Assembly (NCBI RefSeq): GCF_024502345.1
Contig: NZ_JALDNN010000003.1
Length of the DNA stretch: 64,000 nucleotides
Strand: one strand, 5' to 3'
From: Escherichia coli
Lineage (GTDB): Bacteria > Pseudomonadota > Gammaproteobacteria > Enterobacterales > Enterobacteriaceae
The notes under the pieces were generated by a model. It saw nothing but the letters and a program-made list of their open reading frames with translations, searched no databases and was not told the origin of the DNA. Positions 1-9,140 of this stretch are shown piece after piece; position 1 is the stretch's first letter; each line of letters opens with the position of its first letter. Both the position numbers and the translations under genes were made by a program.

Positions 1-17
1 GTATTCGGAATTCCATT

Positions 18-1074
18 GGCTTTGTTGAATAAATCAGATTTCGGGTAAGTCTCCCCCGTAGCGGGTTGTGTTTTCAGGCAATACGCACGCTTTCAGGCAT
101 ACCTGCTTTCGTCATTTTGTTCAGCGCTCGTACCAGGGCCATAGCCTCTGCAACCTGACCATCGTAGTCACGCAGTGTCAGTGAACCCCCGAACAGCTGT
201 TTTACCCGGTACATCGCCGTTTCCGCTATCGAGCGACGGTTGTAATCTGTTGTCCATTTCCACCGCGCATTACTCCCGGTCATTCGCTGATTAGCCACTG
301 CACGGTTACGGTCTGCATATTCACCGGGCCAGTAACCCGCACCTTTTCGGGGAGGGATAAGCGCGCTGATTTTCTTACGCCGCAGTTCATCGTGACATAG
401 CCGGGTATCGTAAGCGCCATCGGCGGCGGCTGACCTGATTTTCCGGTGGGTTTGCCGGATTAACCCGGGGAAGGCCTCTGAGTCCGTAACGTTGTTCAGC
501 GACAGGTCAGCGCAGATGATTTCATGTGTTTTACTGTCAACGGCGAGATGCAGCTTACGCCAGATACGGCGGCGTTCCTGGCCATGCTTTTTGACTTTCC
601 ACTCGCCTTCACCGAAGACCTTCAGCCCGGTGGAATCAATTACCAGGTGTGCGATTTCACCCCGGGTGGGCGTTTTGAAACTGACATTAACCGACTTTGC
701 CCGCCTGCTGACACAGCTGTAATCCGGGCAGCGTAGCGGAACGTTCATCAGAGAAAAAATGGAATCAATAAAGCCCTGCGCAGCGCGCAGGGTCAGCCTG
801 AATACGCGTTTAATGACCAGCACAGTCGTGATGGCAAGGTCAGAATAGCGCTGAGGTCTGCCTCGTGAAGAAGGTGTTGCTGACTCATACCAGGCCTGAA
901 TAGCTTCATCATCCAGCCAGAAAGTTATGGAGCCACGGTTGATGAGGGCTTTATTGTAGGTGGGCCAGTTGGTGATTTTGAACTTTTGCTTTGCCACGGA
1001 ACGGTCTGCGTTGTCGGGAAGATACGTGATCTGATCCTTCAACTCAGCAAAAGTTCGATTTATTCAACAAAGCC
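18..1074 (-). mobile_element. IS903-group (IS5 family) insertion sequence, 1057 bp
   Basis: 18-bp terminal inverted repeats GGCTTTGTTGAATAAATC at 18-35 and, as reverse complement, at 1057-1074 enclose one transposase ORF. Length and protein match my memory of IS903/IS102. The flanking 9-mers differ (aattccatt vs gattttgga), so there is no target duplication. Confidence 0.9.
74..997 (-). CDS. IS903-type DDE transposase (307 aa from the GTG start; the ORF track extends to 1042)
   Basis: The translation (V)AKQKFKITNWPTYNKALINRGSITFWLDDEAIQAWYE...MTKAGMPESVRIA is recognisably the IS903 transposase. Confidence 0.9.
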   Translation of the reverse strand: MAKQKFKITNWPTYNKALINRGSITFWLDDEAIQAWYESATPSSRGRPQRYSDLAITTVLVIKRVFRLTLRAAQGFIDSIFSLMNVPLRCPDYSCVSRRAKSVNVSFKTPTRGEIAHLVIDSTGLKVFGEGEWKVKKHGQERRRIWRKLHLAVDSKTHEIICADLSLNNVTDSEAFPGLIRQTHRKIRSAAADGAYDTRLCHDELRRKKISALIPPRKGAGYWPGEYADRNRAVANQRMTGSNARWKWTTDYNRRSIAETAMYRVKQLFGGSLTLRDYDGQVAEAMALVRALNKMTKAGMPESVRIA

Positions 1075-1224
1075 GATTTTGGAATTTCCCCTACCATAAT
1101 CTGGTAGCTACACATTCACTCGCAGAGATTAATCGCTTTAACATAATTAGTGCCAGCACTGAGTCCTTTAAAATTATAAATCCATGTTCTATCCATAACG
1201 TCGTGCCATTGCTCCTTTCGGTGT

Positions 1225-1506
1225 TCACTGCAAACGGGAGCAGGAATTCCGTTGCAGTTCTTCGGCCGCCTGCTGTTGCAGCACGACCATCACTCTGCTG
1301 AGCATTGTCAGCGCCTGGGAAGGGGAACCGCCAAACGTCAATTTGATTTCGTTGGTGGTGTGGTGCTGTTCCAGGTCGAGAATATTTACTTCCACGTCTG
1401 CGCCCTTCTCATCCTTAGCCGTACAATGAATGCTGACCCGGGTCACCGGGTCCTTAACTGTCTGCAATGGTTTCTTCGTGCTGATGTTGATTGCGGTATT
1501 CTTCAT
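1225..1506 (-). CDS. hypothetical protein, 93 aa, distal gene of the ParB-like-1 module
   Basis: ORF on the same strand, 65 nt downstream of the ParB-like gene. No recognisable motif. Confidence 0.5.
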   Translation of the reverse strand: MKNTAINISTKKPLQTVKDPVTRVSIHCTAKDEKGADVEVNILDLEQHHTTNEIKLTFGGSPSQALTMLSRVMVVLQQQAAEELQRNSCSRLQ

Positions 1507-1571
1507 TGCCCTGTTTCTCCTTGACCAGTGGTGGTAACCGACCCTACCGGGTGGCGGGGTCAGTCAGGAAA

Positions 1572-2777
1572 TCATGCCTGGCCCTTGTTCTGCTTTTCAG
1601 CATGTTTACGCAGGTACTGCGTCAGATCGCCGTGAGCTTCACAAATGGCATTCATCTCGTCATTGGTCAGCACCAGAGTGTAAGTATCGTCGCTGAGGTT
1701 CTTAGCGGCCCGTTGTTTAGCTTCTTCCGCAATACGCGAAAACAGCGGGATTGCCGTGTCCGCAATCGTCGTCACGGTCTTTTTGTTCAGTACGCTGGAG
1801 ACCGACACAGCTTTAGGCTCTGGCGTTTTGACCGGGTCTTTCATCTGCGGTGCCGGGGTCCTTTCCGGGGTCGGCTCCGGGTTAGTGCCCGCACTCCCGT
1901 CCACCAGCTGCGGTGGGGTGGTCTCATCGTTAGTACCTTCGCCGGACGTTTGTTCAGTCACGGTGGTTTCCGGGGGGGTCGCATTTGCGTCCGGCACGAT
2001 GGCTGCTTTCGGCTTCATCGCTGCATCAATGTTGCCAGCTTTGACGAATTTCAGGGTTTTGGCCGTCGCCTTACCATAAACATCAATGGCTTTGGTGATG
2101 TTGTTGACCGCTTCATCGCCGCTGTAAAGGTATTCATCCAGCGCGACATACATACTCACTTCACCCTTCACCAACATGGCCTGGAGGGCTTCAGGCAGAT
2201 CCAGGACGCGAACCATCTGACGCAGGTGCTGTTCGGTTTTACCGCGACGCTTCGCCAGTTCAGCGAACGTTTTGGGTTCTTCCGCGTCTTCAACCATCCG
2301 TTTGATGGAGAGCGCCTCAGCTACGACAGACAGAGCCAGATTTGAGTTACCGTCCAGCGTAAACTGCTCGGCACTGGCGCGGCTACCGCGAAACTCCTCG
2401 CATCGAATTAACGTGATCAATTCACGCCCTTCATCTGCCAGCTCGATGTTTGCCATCGCGACGGCACGGATACGGCATGCTCCCTGGCGCAGGACCGGAC
2501 GGCCATTCAGAATCTGTACGACAATAGCTTGTACGCTTAAAGGATCGATCTTGTAGGACTCTTTCAGGCTGTTCAGGTGGGCTACCACGTCAGGTAATGA
2601 GTAGTAACTCTCCCCAATGCCAGCAGTACGGGTGTTAAACCCCTCTTCCTCTTCGACCACTGCCGGGTTAATGACTAGACCATTGCTTTTGCGTGCGCCG
2701 TTACCGGTACGCTCCAGGTAGGTGCGCAGGCTGATATCGTTGTTAGCGGTTTTTACATCATTTTCGACAGTGGACAT
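1572..2777 (-). CDS. ParB/Srx-fold (KorB-like) DNA-binding protein, paralog 1, 401 aa
   Basis: GFNTR...YYSLPDVVAHLNSLKESY...RQGACRIRA (ParB box-like GxxR region) followed by an HTH-like segment. It is clearly homologous to the ORFs at 41183-42346 and 45571-46647. No ParA gene is adjacent. Confidence 0.8.
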   Translation of the reverse strand: MSTVENDVKTANNDISLRTYLERTGNGARKSNGLVINPAVVEEEEGFNTRTAGIGESYYSLPDVVAHLNSLKESYKIDPLSVQAIVVQILNGRPVLRQGACRIRAVAMANIELADEGRELITLIRCEEFRGSRASAEQFTLDGNSNLALSVVAEALSIKRMVEDAEEPKTFAELAKRRGKTEQHLRQMVRVLDLPEALQAMLVKGEVSMYVALDEYLYSGDEAVNNITKAIDVYGKATAKTLKFVKAGNIDAAMKPKAAIVPDANATPPETTVTEQTSGEGTNDETTPPQLVDGSAGTNPEPTPERTPAPQMKDPVKTPEPKAVSVSSVLNKKTVTTIADTAIPLFSRIAEEAKQRAAKNLSDDTYTLVLTNDEMNAICEAHGDLTQYLRKHAEKQNKGQA

Positions 2778-2826
2778 GGTGCCTTCCTTTTAGTTTTCGT
2801 TTAGGGTGTTTGTTCGCTACAAAACA

Positions 2827-2862
2827 ACAATACCAGGTTCGATTCATTTCCTAATAACCTGA
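2827..2862 (-). promoter_or_regulatory. putative sigma70 promoter of the TTATTAG family (TCAGGTTATTAGGAAA - N - TATTGT)
   Basis: The sense-strand motif TCAGGTTATTAG is shared with five other sites. There is a 16-nt spacer to a -10-like TATTGT, about 45 nt upstream of the ParB-like-1 start. Confidence 0.45.
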
Positions 2863-2866
2863 GGCG

Positions 2867-2887
2867 AAAAAAAAGTAACTTTTTTTC
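2867..2887. promoter_or_regulatory. expanded variant of the GAAAAGTWACTTTTC box (G-A8-GTAAC-T7-CC)
   Basis: Near-perfect palindrome centred on GTAAC, about 95 bp upstream of the ParB-like-1 start. Confidence 0.5.
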
Positions 2888-2986
2888 CGGGGGTTATAGT
2901 ACGCGATCCGTCCGTTTTAAATTCTCGCTAAGGAGGGCAAATTTCACTTTAGTGTGAAAAGCGGGTACATAAAGCAGGAATATGTC

Positions 2987-3001
2987 GAAAAAGTTACTTT
3001 C
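2987..3001. promoter_or_regulatory. GAAAAGTWACTTTTC-type box (2 mismatches) with a CCCGGTTGCC extension
   Basis: The sequence gaaaaagttactttcccggttgcc has the same right-hand extension as the box at 20951. Confidence 0.5.
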
Positions 3002-3260
3002 CCGGTTGCCTGAAAAAATGCCGTTGCAGCAAACACAAGGTGTGAACACCCCCCCCGCCCCGGCGGCTCCGGGCAAAGGAGTATCCGATGAAGCTTTCCC
3101 GGCAGACCACAAATGATACGGCTGTAATCGAAGGCACCCGCAGATTACCGACCATATCGCCTCCCAGCGAGCCACCGAAGCCAAAAAAGACGGCATGAAT
3201 TTTAATGCAGGCGTTGAGCTTGCATCTAAAAGGAACTGTGCAACGAGGACAAACATTACC

Positions 3261-3461
3261 ATGATTGAACACCGCACAGAGATGCGCCAAACGGCCATTA
3301 AATCGCTTCAGGAAGCCGAAGAAGCATTGACGGCACTGGCTATGTCCTATGAGCTACAGCCCGATGATAAGGCCAGTTCGTGTCATCCACGGACCGGTAC
3401 TCTCTCCACGGCCAGCCAGGTACGGAAATTGCGCCGTGTCGTCGAAAAGCAGAAAACTTGA
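3261..3461 (+). CDS. hypothetical small protein, 66 aa (the ORF track starts at 3195)
   Basis: ATG at 3261 lies 11 nt after GAGGA. The ORF is followed by a good plus-strand hairpin with a T-run at 3540-3567. No homology is recognised. Confidence 0.35.
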   Translation: MIEHRTEMRQTAIKSLQEAEEALTALAMSYELQPDDKASSCHPRTGTLSTASQVRKLRRVVEKQKT

Positions 3462-3539
3462 AATTCGACAAGGCGGCGGGTAGCTATTTCCTGCATGTAC
3501 AAACTAACAAGGGTTTAGCCGACGATAGAAAGGAAAAAA

Positions 3540-3567
3540 GGGTTTCCCCGACCGGAGAAACCCTTTT
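3540..3567 (+). terminator. rho-independent-type terminator
   Basis: Stem GGGTTTC / GAAACCC around a 10-nt loop, followed by TTTT and preceded by an A-run, so it could act in both directions. Confidence 0.55.
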
Positions 3568-3606
3568 CTAAAGGTGCCATTAGCTTGCTGGCCCACATTC
3601 TGAAAT

Positions 3607-3626
3607 GAGGGGGGTCGCCCCCCCTC
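3607..3626 (-). terminator. GC-rich hairpin at the 3' end of the hok transcript
   Basis: 8-bp stem GAGGGGGG / CCCCCCTC with a 4-nt loop, immediately downstream of the hok stop. Confidence 0.45.
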
Positions 3627-3632
3627 TTTCAG

Positions 3633-3791
3633 CTACTTACCGGATTCGTAGTCCATCACAGCCGACACTTCCCGTGTACCGTCTTTCAGCCTCAGTTCGC
3701 AGAGCGAATTGCGCGTAAGCCAGGTGAATATCAACAGCGTAAGACATACTATCAATACGCACAAAACAACGGGTTGGTTCGGCAGTTTCAT
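3633..3791 (-). CDS. hok: Hok-family membrane toxin (type I toxin-antitoxin), 52 aa
   Basis: [52 protein letters not shown] has the same length and near-identical architecture as R1 Hok. The ORF-track entry 3633-3935 is an in-frame upstream extension (mok-like leader region). Confidence 0.9.
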   Translation of the reverse strand: MKLPNQPVVLCVLIVCLTLLIFTWLTRNSLCELRLKDGTREVSAVMDYESGK

Positions 3792-3839
3792 GGCCTTCTT
3801 CTCCTTGCATTTAAGCGGGTAAGAGGCTACTCTGAATGT

Positions 3840-3899
3840 GACTAGCATACAGGGGCCTCGGGTTAATTTGAAAAAATTACTCGGGGCTTTCTGCTTTTT
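3840..3899 (+). ncRNA. sok: candidate Sok-like antisense RNA
   Basis: Antisense to the hok leader. TTGCAT (3805-3810), a 17-nt spacer and TACTCT (3828-3833) precede a long imperfect hairpin at 3856-3886 and a T-run ending near 3899. The ends are inferred, not measured. Confidence 0.4.
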
Positions 3900-4148
3900 A
3901 CCACAGTCAAACAGTGAATCTGCTGGCTGGGGCAAAAGCCTCCAGCACCGAGGTTATTATACCACCCCGCCCCTTTTAAACGAACAGATCGTTCTCCTAA
4001 ATATTTAATAAGTAAGTATTTCAGGTTTTGCTGCTTCGCAGGCTGTAACAGCAGGTGTCTGACGTAATAACTGATTAAACAGACGGATTCGAATCTCAAC
4101 ACTCAACGACGCCAGCTCGCCTGTTCCCCCGCTTCTTTCCGGCTGTAA

Positions 4149-4754
4149 TCAGTCCGTTTTCGTACCAGCGATCAGTGACAAACGGTGAGCACGAACACTA
4201 CTGTGCCGGAGGCTGTCCGGGTAATGGGCGATTTTCTCCAGTTCCTCATCGAGGCGGGTATACGTCAGCCTCCTGATTTTCAAGATTTCCTTGTGAAGCC
4301 AGCGTTTGATAAAGGGATTGCCGGAAAGCAGTACCAGGTCTGCATCCTCCACTTCATCAAAAAGCCAGACGGGTTTTGCCGGAGTAAGGCGGTAGAGCCA
4401 GGTGCGGGAAAACTCCCCCGTTGCAATCAGAAACCAGACAACCATGCCAAGTGCGAACTCGATGACCAGCATCAGGGTAAACTGAATATCCCGGACGTCA
4501 GGCTCTCCGGTAAAGCTCATTAGGCGGTCGCCAGTTGCCAGACGCTGAATAATACAGACCAGCATCAGCAGAGCCAGTAACAGCGCCATGAGCAGCCCGC
4601 CGTTCACTTCAAAAGTAGCTTTCTGGACGCGATCAGGCGGCACCTGCTTACGGTAGCGGCCGACCACATCACCAATCATTACCCTGATGGCTATGCGTTC
4701 TTCATCGACCGTTGTTTCGGTAAATCCGGACGGGCCCGTTTCTGTTTGATTCAT
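4149..4754 (-). CDS. hypothetical membrane protein, 201 aa
   Basis: Long ORF with two hydrophobic segments (LLMALLLALLMLVCII and FTLMLVIEFALGMVVWFLI). Confidence 0.6.
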   Translation of the reverse strand: MNQTETGPSGFTETTVDEERIAIRVMIGDVVGRYRKQVPPDRVQKATFEVNGGLLMALLLALLMLVCIIQRLATGDRLMSFTGEPDVRDIQFTLMLVIEFALGMVVWFLIATGEFSRTWLYRLTPAKPVWLFDEVEDADLVLLSGNPFIKRWLHKEILKIRRLTYTRLDEELEKIAHYPDSLRHSSVRAHRLSLIAGTKTD

Positions 4755-4967
4755 GTACCCTCTCCTCTCTCTGAAAAATAATGGTAAGACGCAAGCTGAT
4801 CATACCAGGTGAGCAGGAGTGGTTTTGTCGGTTAAAGGCTGGAAAAAAACGGTTAAAAAAAGAGGGAAATGACAGCAAGAAGGTGGGATGCAGTAAGCGG
4901 CTTTGGTTCCCTCCGGTTCTGTGGGGAGGAAACGGCCAGAACAGCAGACCGATACGATGGGCGGGCG

Positions 4968-5249
4968 CTATTTTGTATCCAGAATTCGTGCCTTTTCTTC
5001 CCGCGTCGCCAGTCGGGCACTTCCGGAACGGTCGCGGATCAGCAGTGGCTTTTCCTTTTTCCAACCAGTGATAGCCGTTTCCCCGAAACGACGCGGTGCA
5101 TTGCCATTCCAGCTGGCAATCACGTGATTATCGTGTACTTCCTTGATGACGACAGAATGAAGAGTCACCGTCTTAATGGTGGTGTTTCCCATTTTGGTCC
5201 GGGAGAGTGACCAGACGGTCATCCCCACCTCCAGCTGACTGAGTTTCAT
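4968..5249 (-). CDS. hypothetical protein, 93 aa
   Basis: Start moved to the ATG 5 nt after GGAG. The ORF-track start at 5279 has no RBS. Confidence 0.5.
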   Translation of the reverse strand: MKLSQLEVGMTVWSLSRTKMGNTTIKTVTLHSVVIKEVHDNHVIASWNGNAPRRFGETAITGWKKEKPLLIRDRSGSARLATREEKARILDTK

Positions 5250-5380
5250 CTTTACTCCGGTAATATCGGGATACATCATTAAACGACGTGGAGACGTAGG
5301 TTAGCATAAGCACTCACAGCGGATACTGCCGCCAGATAACAGGGTGAGGTATCCGCCATGAGCAGTCTTTACGGCTGGCG

Positions 5381-5551
5381 TTATTCGGCCAGGGCGCGGG
5401 TAATAGACGCACGCTGACGCTGGCGCTCAGCCTTACGCTGGCTGCGGCGATATAGCGGCTTCGCGGCAGCGTAGCGACAATCTTCCGGGTGGTACCAGCA
5501 ACAGCCGCAGGGCTCAGGCTGGGGTTTTCCGGCAAGTCCGAATGGTTTCAT
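5381..5551 (-). CDS. possible small Cys-rich basic protein, 56 aa (below the ORF-track cutoff)
   Basis: My own translation is MKPFGLAGKPQPEPCGCCWYHPEDCRYAAAKPLYRRSQRKAERQRQRASITRALAE. AAGGTG lies upstream of the ATG. It competes with the track ORF 5314-5535 in another frame. Confidence 0.3.
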   Translation of the reverse strand: MKPFGLAGKPQPEPCGCCWYHPEDCRYAAAKPLYRRSQRKAERQRQRASITRALAE

Positions 5552-5592
5552 AATGTCACCTTTTAAATGGAATAATGTTCAGGTCCCGTCCA

Positions 5593-5916
5593 TCAGGCCA
5601 CGGGTTCATTAATGAAGCGGCGTTGCATAAACAGGTACAGATAACCCTCTGGCGAGAACATACAAAGATTCTCGGTAATACAGGCATCGAGGTACTTCGT
5701 GTCGCCAAGGAGTCGCTTAATGACAGCCAGCTGGTTAGCCGCAGACTGAATCAGCGGATAGCCATTCACGGCACGATGAATACCTGAGTGGAATAACGAA
5801 CGAGCCTTTCCAATCTTTTCCCGGGTTGCGTCCATTTCCATATCGATAACAGACTGACGCGCAACATTAATAGCATTGCCGGATAACTCCGCGAAGCTAA
5901 CCAGAGGCTTATTCAT
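5593..5916 (-). CDS. hypothetical protein, 107 aa
   Basis: ORF with GGAAGGAG upstream of the ATG. No motif recognised. Confidence 0.55.
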   Translation of the reverse strand: MNKPLVSFAELSGNAINVARQSVIDMEMDATREKIGKARSLFHSGIHRAVNGYPLIQSAANQLAVIKRLLGDTKYLDACITENLCMFSPEGYLYLFMQRRFINEPVA

Positions 5917-6101
5917 AAAAAACTCCTTCCAGGTATGTGAGCTTATTATATCAATACGGACTTTGCCCCAAACAACCCGACTCGAAATATTTTGGAAATT
6001 ACTCTAATAACTAAAAATGGCACCCGGAAAATAGAATGAATTTATTTTAAGCTTGCCGAACATGGCTGGCGGCGGAATTAAATTTGGGTAATGACTCCAA
6101 C

Positions 6102-6605
6102 TTATTGATAGTGTTTTATGTTCAGATAATGCCCGATGACTTTGTCATGCTGCTCCACCGATTTTGAGAACGACAGCGACTTCCGTCCCAGCCGTGCCAG
6201 GTGCTGCCTCAGATTCAGGTTATGCCGCTCAATTCGCTGCGTATATCGCTTGCTGATTACGTGCAGCTTTCCCTTCAGGCGGGATTCATACAGCGGCCAG
6301 CCATCCGTCATCCATATCACCACGTCAAAGGGTGACAGCAGGCTCATAAGACGCCCCAGCGTCGCCATAGTGCGTTCACCGAATACGTGCGCAACAACCG
6401 TCTTCCGGAGCCTGTCATACGCGTAAAACAGCCAGCGCTGGCGCGATTTAGCCCCGACGTATCCCCACTGTTCGTCCATTTCCGCGCAGACGATGACGTC
6501 ACTGCCCGGCTGTATGCGCGAGGTTACCGACTGCGGCCTGAGTTTTTTAAATGGCGGAAAATCGTGTTGAGGCCAACGCCCATAATGCGGGCGGTTGCCC
6601 GGCAT
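6102..6605 (-). CDS. insB: IS1 InsB frame (expressed as the InsAB' frameshift fusion)
   Basis: Canonical InsB sequence that overlaps insA in the -1 frame. Confidence 0.9.
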   Translation of the reverse strand: MPGNRPHYGRWPQHDFPPFKKLRPQSVTSRIQPGSDVIVCAEMDEQWGYVGAKSRQRWLFYAYDRLRKTVVAHVFGERTMATLGRLMSLLSPFDVVIWMTDGWPLYESRLKGKLHVISKRYTQRIERHNLNLRQHLARLGRKSLSFSKSVEQHDKVIGHYLNIKHYQ

Positions 6606-6799
6606 CCAACGCCATTCATGGCCATATCAATGATTTTCTGGTGCGTACCGGGTTGAGAAGCGGTGTAAGTGAACTGCAGTTGCCATGTTTTACGGCAGTG
6701 AGAGCAGAGATAGCGCTGATGTCCGGCAGTGCTTTTGCCGTTACGCACCACCCCGTCAGTAGCTGAACAGGAGGGACAGCTGATAGAAACAGAAGCCAC
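6524..6799 (-). CDS. insA: IS1 InsA
   Basis: [43 protein letters not shown]... is the canonical InsA sequence. Confidence 0.95.
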   Translation of the reverse strand: MASVSISCPSCSATDGVVRNGKSTAGHQRYLCSHCRKTWQLQFTYTASQPGTHQKIIDMAMNGVGCRATARIMGVGLNTIFRHLKNSGRSR

Positions 6800-6952
6800 T
6801 GGAGCACCTCAAAAACACCATCATACACTAAATCAGTAAGTTGGCAGCATCACCGAAAATAAAATAGAGAGAGTTTTCAATCCGCATGACTTTAAAAAAG
6901 ACAATTTTTAGAAATAAGCCGGATAAAAAAATAGCTTTATCCGGCACTCATA

Positions 6953-7903
6953 TTACAACCAGTTCTTCCGCTTAAAGTACAGATACGGTGCCAGGCCCGC
7001 GAGGATCATAAAGATAATCGCGGCAGGGTAGCCGAAGCTCCACTTCAGTTCTGGCATAAACTCAAAGTTCATGCCATAGCTGGAAGCAACGAGCGTCGGC
7101 GGCAGGAATACCACGGATACCACCGAGAAGATTTTGATGATGCGGTTCTGCTCGATGTTGATAAAACCCATTGCCGCCTGCATCAGGAAGTTCACCTTCT
7201 GGAACAGGGATTCGTTATGCGGCAGCAGGGATTCGATATCTCGCAGGATTTCACGCGCCTGCTCCAGTTGCCCACCCGGTAAACGCGCTTTACGCACCAG
7301 GAAGTTGAGCGCGCGCTGGGTATCCATCAGACACAGGCGAACTTTCCAGCCGATATCTTCCAGTTCCGCCAGCGTGGAGAGCGCCTCGTCGTACTCATCG
7401 CCCTGATGCCCTTCCATAATCACCCGGCTCAACTGCTCCAGGTCGCTATAGATATTTTCAATTTCATCTGCCAACTGTTCGATTTTGGTTTCGAACAGAT
7501 CCAGCAGCAACTCGTAGGCGTTACCGTCTACCATCGACTGGCTACGGGCACGCATACGATACAGACGAAAAGCGGGCAGTTCACGCTCACGCAGAGTAAA
7601 CAGACGACCATCACGGATGGTAAATGCCACAGTGGAGTTACCGGCGTGATCTTCCGCATCTTCAAAGAAGAAGAAGGAGTGAATATGCAGGCCGTCGTCG
7701 TCTTCAAAGAAACGTGCCGATGCTTCGATGTCTTCCAGTTCCGGGCGGGTTGCCAGGCTCTGGCCAAGTTCAGATTGTAAGCGCAGTCGCTCGTCGTCGT
7801 CCGGTTCGACAAGATCAATCCATACTGCATTTACAAGGGGTTGTGACTCTTCGACTTCCAGCCGGGTCAGTCGGTTATTTTCCAGTTGAAATGCGCTCAG
7901 CAT
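6953..7903 (-). CDS. corA: CorA magnesium/cobalt transporter, 316 aa, chromosomal type
   Basis: [38 protein letters not shown]...[13 protein letters not shown]...YFKRKNWL matches E. coli/Salmonella CorA, including the GMN motif. The native start is at 7903; the ORF track extends to 7918. Confidence 0.95.
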   Translation of the reverse strand: MLSAFQLENNRLTRLEVEESQPLVNAVWIDLVEPDDDERLRLQSELGQSLATRPELEDIEASARFFEDDDGLHIHSFFFFEDAEDHAGNSTVAFTIRDGRLFTLRERELPAFRLYRMRARSQSMVDGNAYELLLDLFETKIEQLADEIENIYSDLEQLSRVIMEGHQGDEYDEALSTLAELEDIGWKVRLCLMDTQRALNFLVRKARLPGGQLEQAREILRDIESLLPHNESLFQKVNFLMQAAMGFINIEQNRIIKIFSVVSVVFLPPTLVASSYGMNFEFMPELKWSFGYPAAIIFMILAGLAPYLYFKRKNWL

Positions 7904-8302
7904 GACCGGGACTCCCAATGCTTAAAATATCGGACAGTTCGGTGGGCACACAGAAACAAATTGGGTTTCAGACCATTAAACAGCCTGACTCAGCGCGACG
8001 GGAAAAATTGAGGTCGCTGACAACCGCTAAGGCTATCAGCAAAAAGGGATAGCCTTAGGAGTTGATCCTGGATGACAGGATAGTGAGCCAGTATCTACTG
8101 GGTGTGTCCAAGGCGAATGTCCTCTTAGAGTGATCGTGCGCGCATGTTACGCCAGCAAAATTTTGCCGTCAACACGCAACAGAACACCACAGAACAATAG
8201 TTGAACTTCGCGCTTTTTGGTACTCGTCAAGGTCGCTAACAGGATAAAAAAATCCCACATCCAGGACCTATAATGGCGCATCAGCTACTCATTGGTAAAG
8301 GA

Positions 8303-8551
8303 ATGATCACCTTGAATCTCAAACGGATTTTTCTCGCCCTCACCTTACTTCCCTTGTTTGCTGTTGCCGCTGATGATTGCGCACTCTCAGATCCGACGCT
8401 GACCGTACAGGCGTATACCGTTAATCCTCAAACAGAGCGGGTGAAAATGTACTGGCAAAAAGCCAATGGCGAAGCGTGGGGAACGTTACATGCTCTGCTG
8501 GCGGATATTAATAGTCAGGGTCAGGTGCAGATGGCGATGAACGGCGGCATC
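8303..8551 (+). pseudogene. 3'-truncated signal-peptide gene divergent from corA (probably the chromosomal corA neighbour, yigE-like)
   Basis: MITLNLKRIFLALTLLPLFAVAADD...MAMNGGI then runs into unrelated AT-rich DNA at about 8551, where the 9-mer ttaaatttg begins. Confidence 0.5.
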
Positions 8552-8586
8552 TTAAATTTGACGGTTTTTGATATAAAATATAGAAA

Positions 8587-8613
8587 GAAGGAGGTTTTCT
8601 GAATACCTCCTTC
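8587..8613 (-). terminator. hairpin terminator of the long minus-strand gene string
   Basis: Perfect 9-bp stem GAAGGAGGT / ACCTCCTTC with a 9-nt loop, 9 nt past the stop of the 8622-8828 gene. Confidence 0.55.
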
Positions 8614-8621
8614 ACTGGCGC

Positions 8622-8828
8622 TCAGTTCGAGAATACGTTAACGCTGTACCGTTTACCGAGCACCTCGGCAGTGGTATCGACAATTTTCTGAATATCATCG
8701 GCAATCGCGGGTTTACTGAATGCGACGGTGTGCAGTTCACCAGCCTGTTCCGCCGTCGCACCATCATGAAAGCGGCTGGCATCGTAAAGCTGGACCCGGA
8801 GTGTCCGGGTATAATCGACATGGCCCAT
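8622..8828 (-). CDS. hypothetical protein, 68 aa
   Basis: ORF with AGGAGAGGAA upstream. It competes with 8612-8821 in another frame. Confidence 0.45.
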   Translation of the reverse strand: MGHVDYTRTLRVQLYDASRFHDGATAEQAGELHTVAFSKPAIADDIQKIVDTTAEVLGKRYSVNVFSN

Positions 8829-8862
8829 TATTCCTCTCCTGTTCAGTCAGGCGCTATACGCG

Positions 8863-9087
8863 TTAATAATCACTTTCTTCCGGTTGCGGCTGGGTGACAA
8901 ACTGGTACTTCACCCCATTAGGGACGCCAACGGCTTTTGCTACAGATTCACACAGCAGCGACAGGTCATTCAGAGTCATCGGATATTCGATATCGACGGA
9001 ATATAAGGCCCCGGCGTTCTCGGCCTCTTCGATATTTTTATACTGGGCACTGAAAATGGCTATGGTAGAGATTTCAAGGTTATGCAT
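8863..9087 (-). CDS. hypothetical acidic protein, 74 aa, paralog of 14964-15188
   Basis: Shares the block EYPMTLNDLSLLCESVAKA and the overall length with the 14964-15188 ORF. Confidence 0.65.
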   Translation of the reverse strand: MHNLEISTIAIFSAQYKNIEEAENAGALYSVDIEYPMTLNDLSLLCESVAKAVGVPNGVKYQFVTQPQPEESDY

Positions 9088-9104
9088 GAGTCAGTCCTTG
9101 TTAA

Positions 9105-9130
9105 TAAAAAAGAAGCCACCGTAAGGTGGC
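9105..9130 (-). terminator. rho-independent terminator
   Basis: GCCACC-GTAA-GGTGGC hairpin followed, on the minus strand, by a T-run. It lies just downstream of the 9141-9347 gene. Confidence 0.6.
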
Positions 9131-9140
9131 TGAATAAAGG

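Larger units (their letters stand above)
6087..6854 (-). mobile_element. IS1 copy A, 768 bp
   Basis: Canonical IS1 ends GGTAATGACTCCAACTTATTG (6087-) and GGTGATGCTGCCAACTTACTG (reverse complement, ending at 6854), with insA/insB inside. Confidence 0.95.

Noticed and set aside
9-1083. Target-site duplication for the IS903-type element.
   Set aside because: The flanking 9-mers (aattccatt / gattttgga) do not match. The nearby ggaattcc / ggaatttcc similarity is offset and imperfect. No conclusion about the insertion history is possible, and the element sits at the window edge.
2894-3298. Minus-strand ORFs of 134 and 98 aa in the region upstream of ParB-like-1.
   Set aside because: They overlap each other in a GC-rich tract, have no RBS and have low-complexity Gly/Ala/Pro-rich translations. 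They would also run across the palindromic box. They are treated as non-coding.
6953-7903. corA as an adaptive plasmid cargo (magnesium or cobalt transport trait).
   Set aside because: The gene arrives with its native chromosomal flanks and a truncated neighbour inside an IS1-bounded segment. Passenger DNA is the simpler reading, and nothing in the sequence indicates selection for it.
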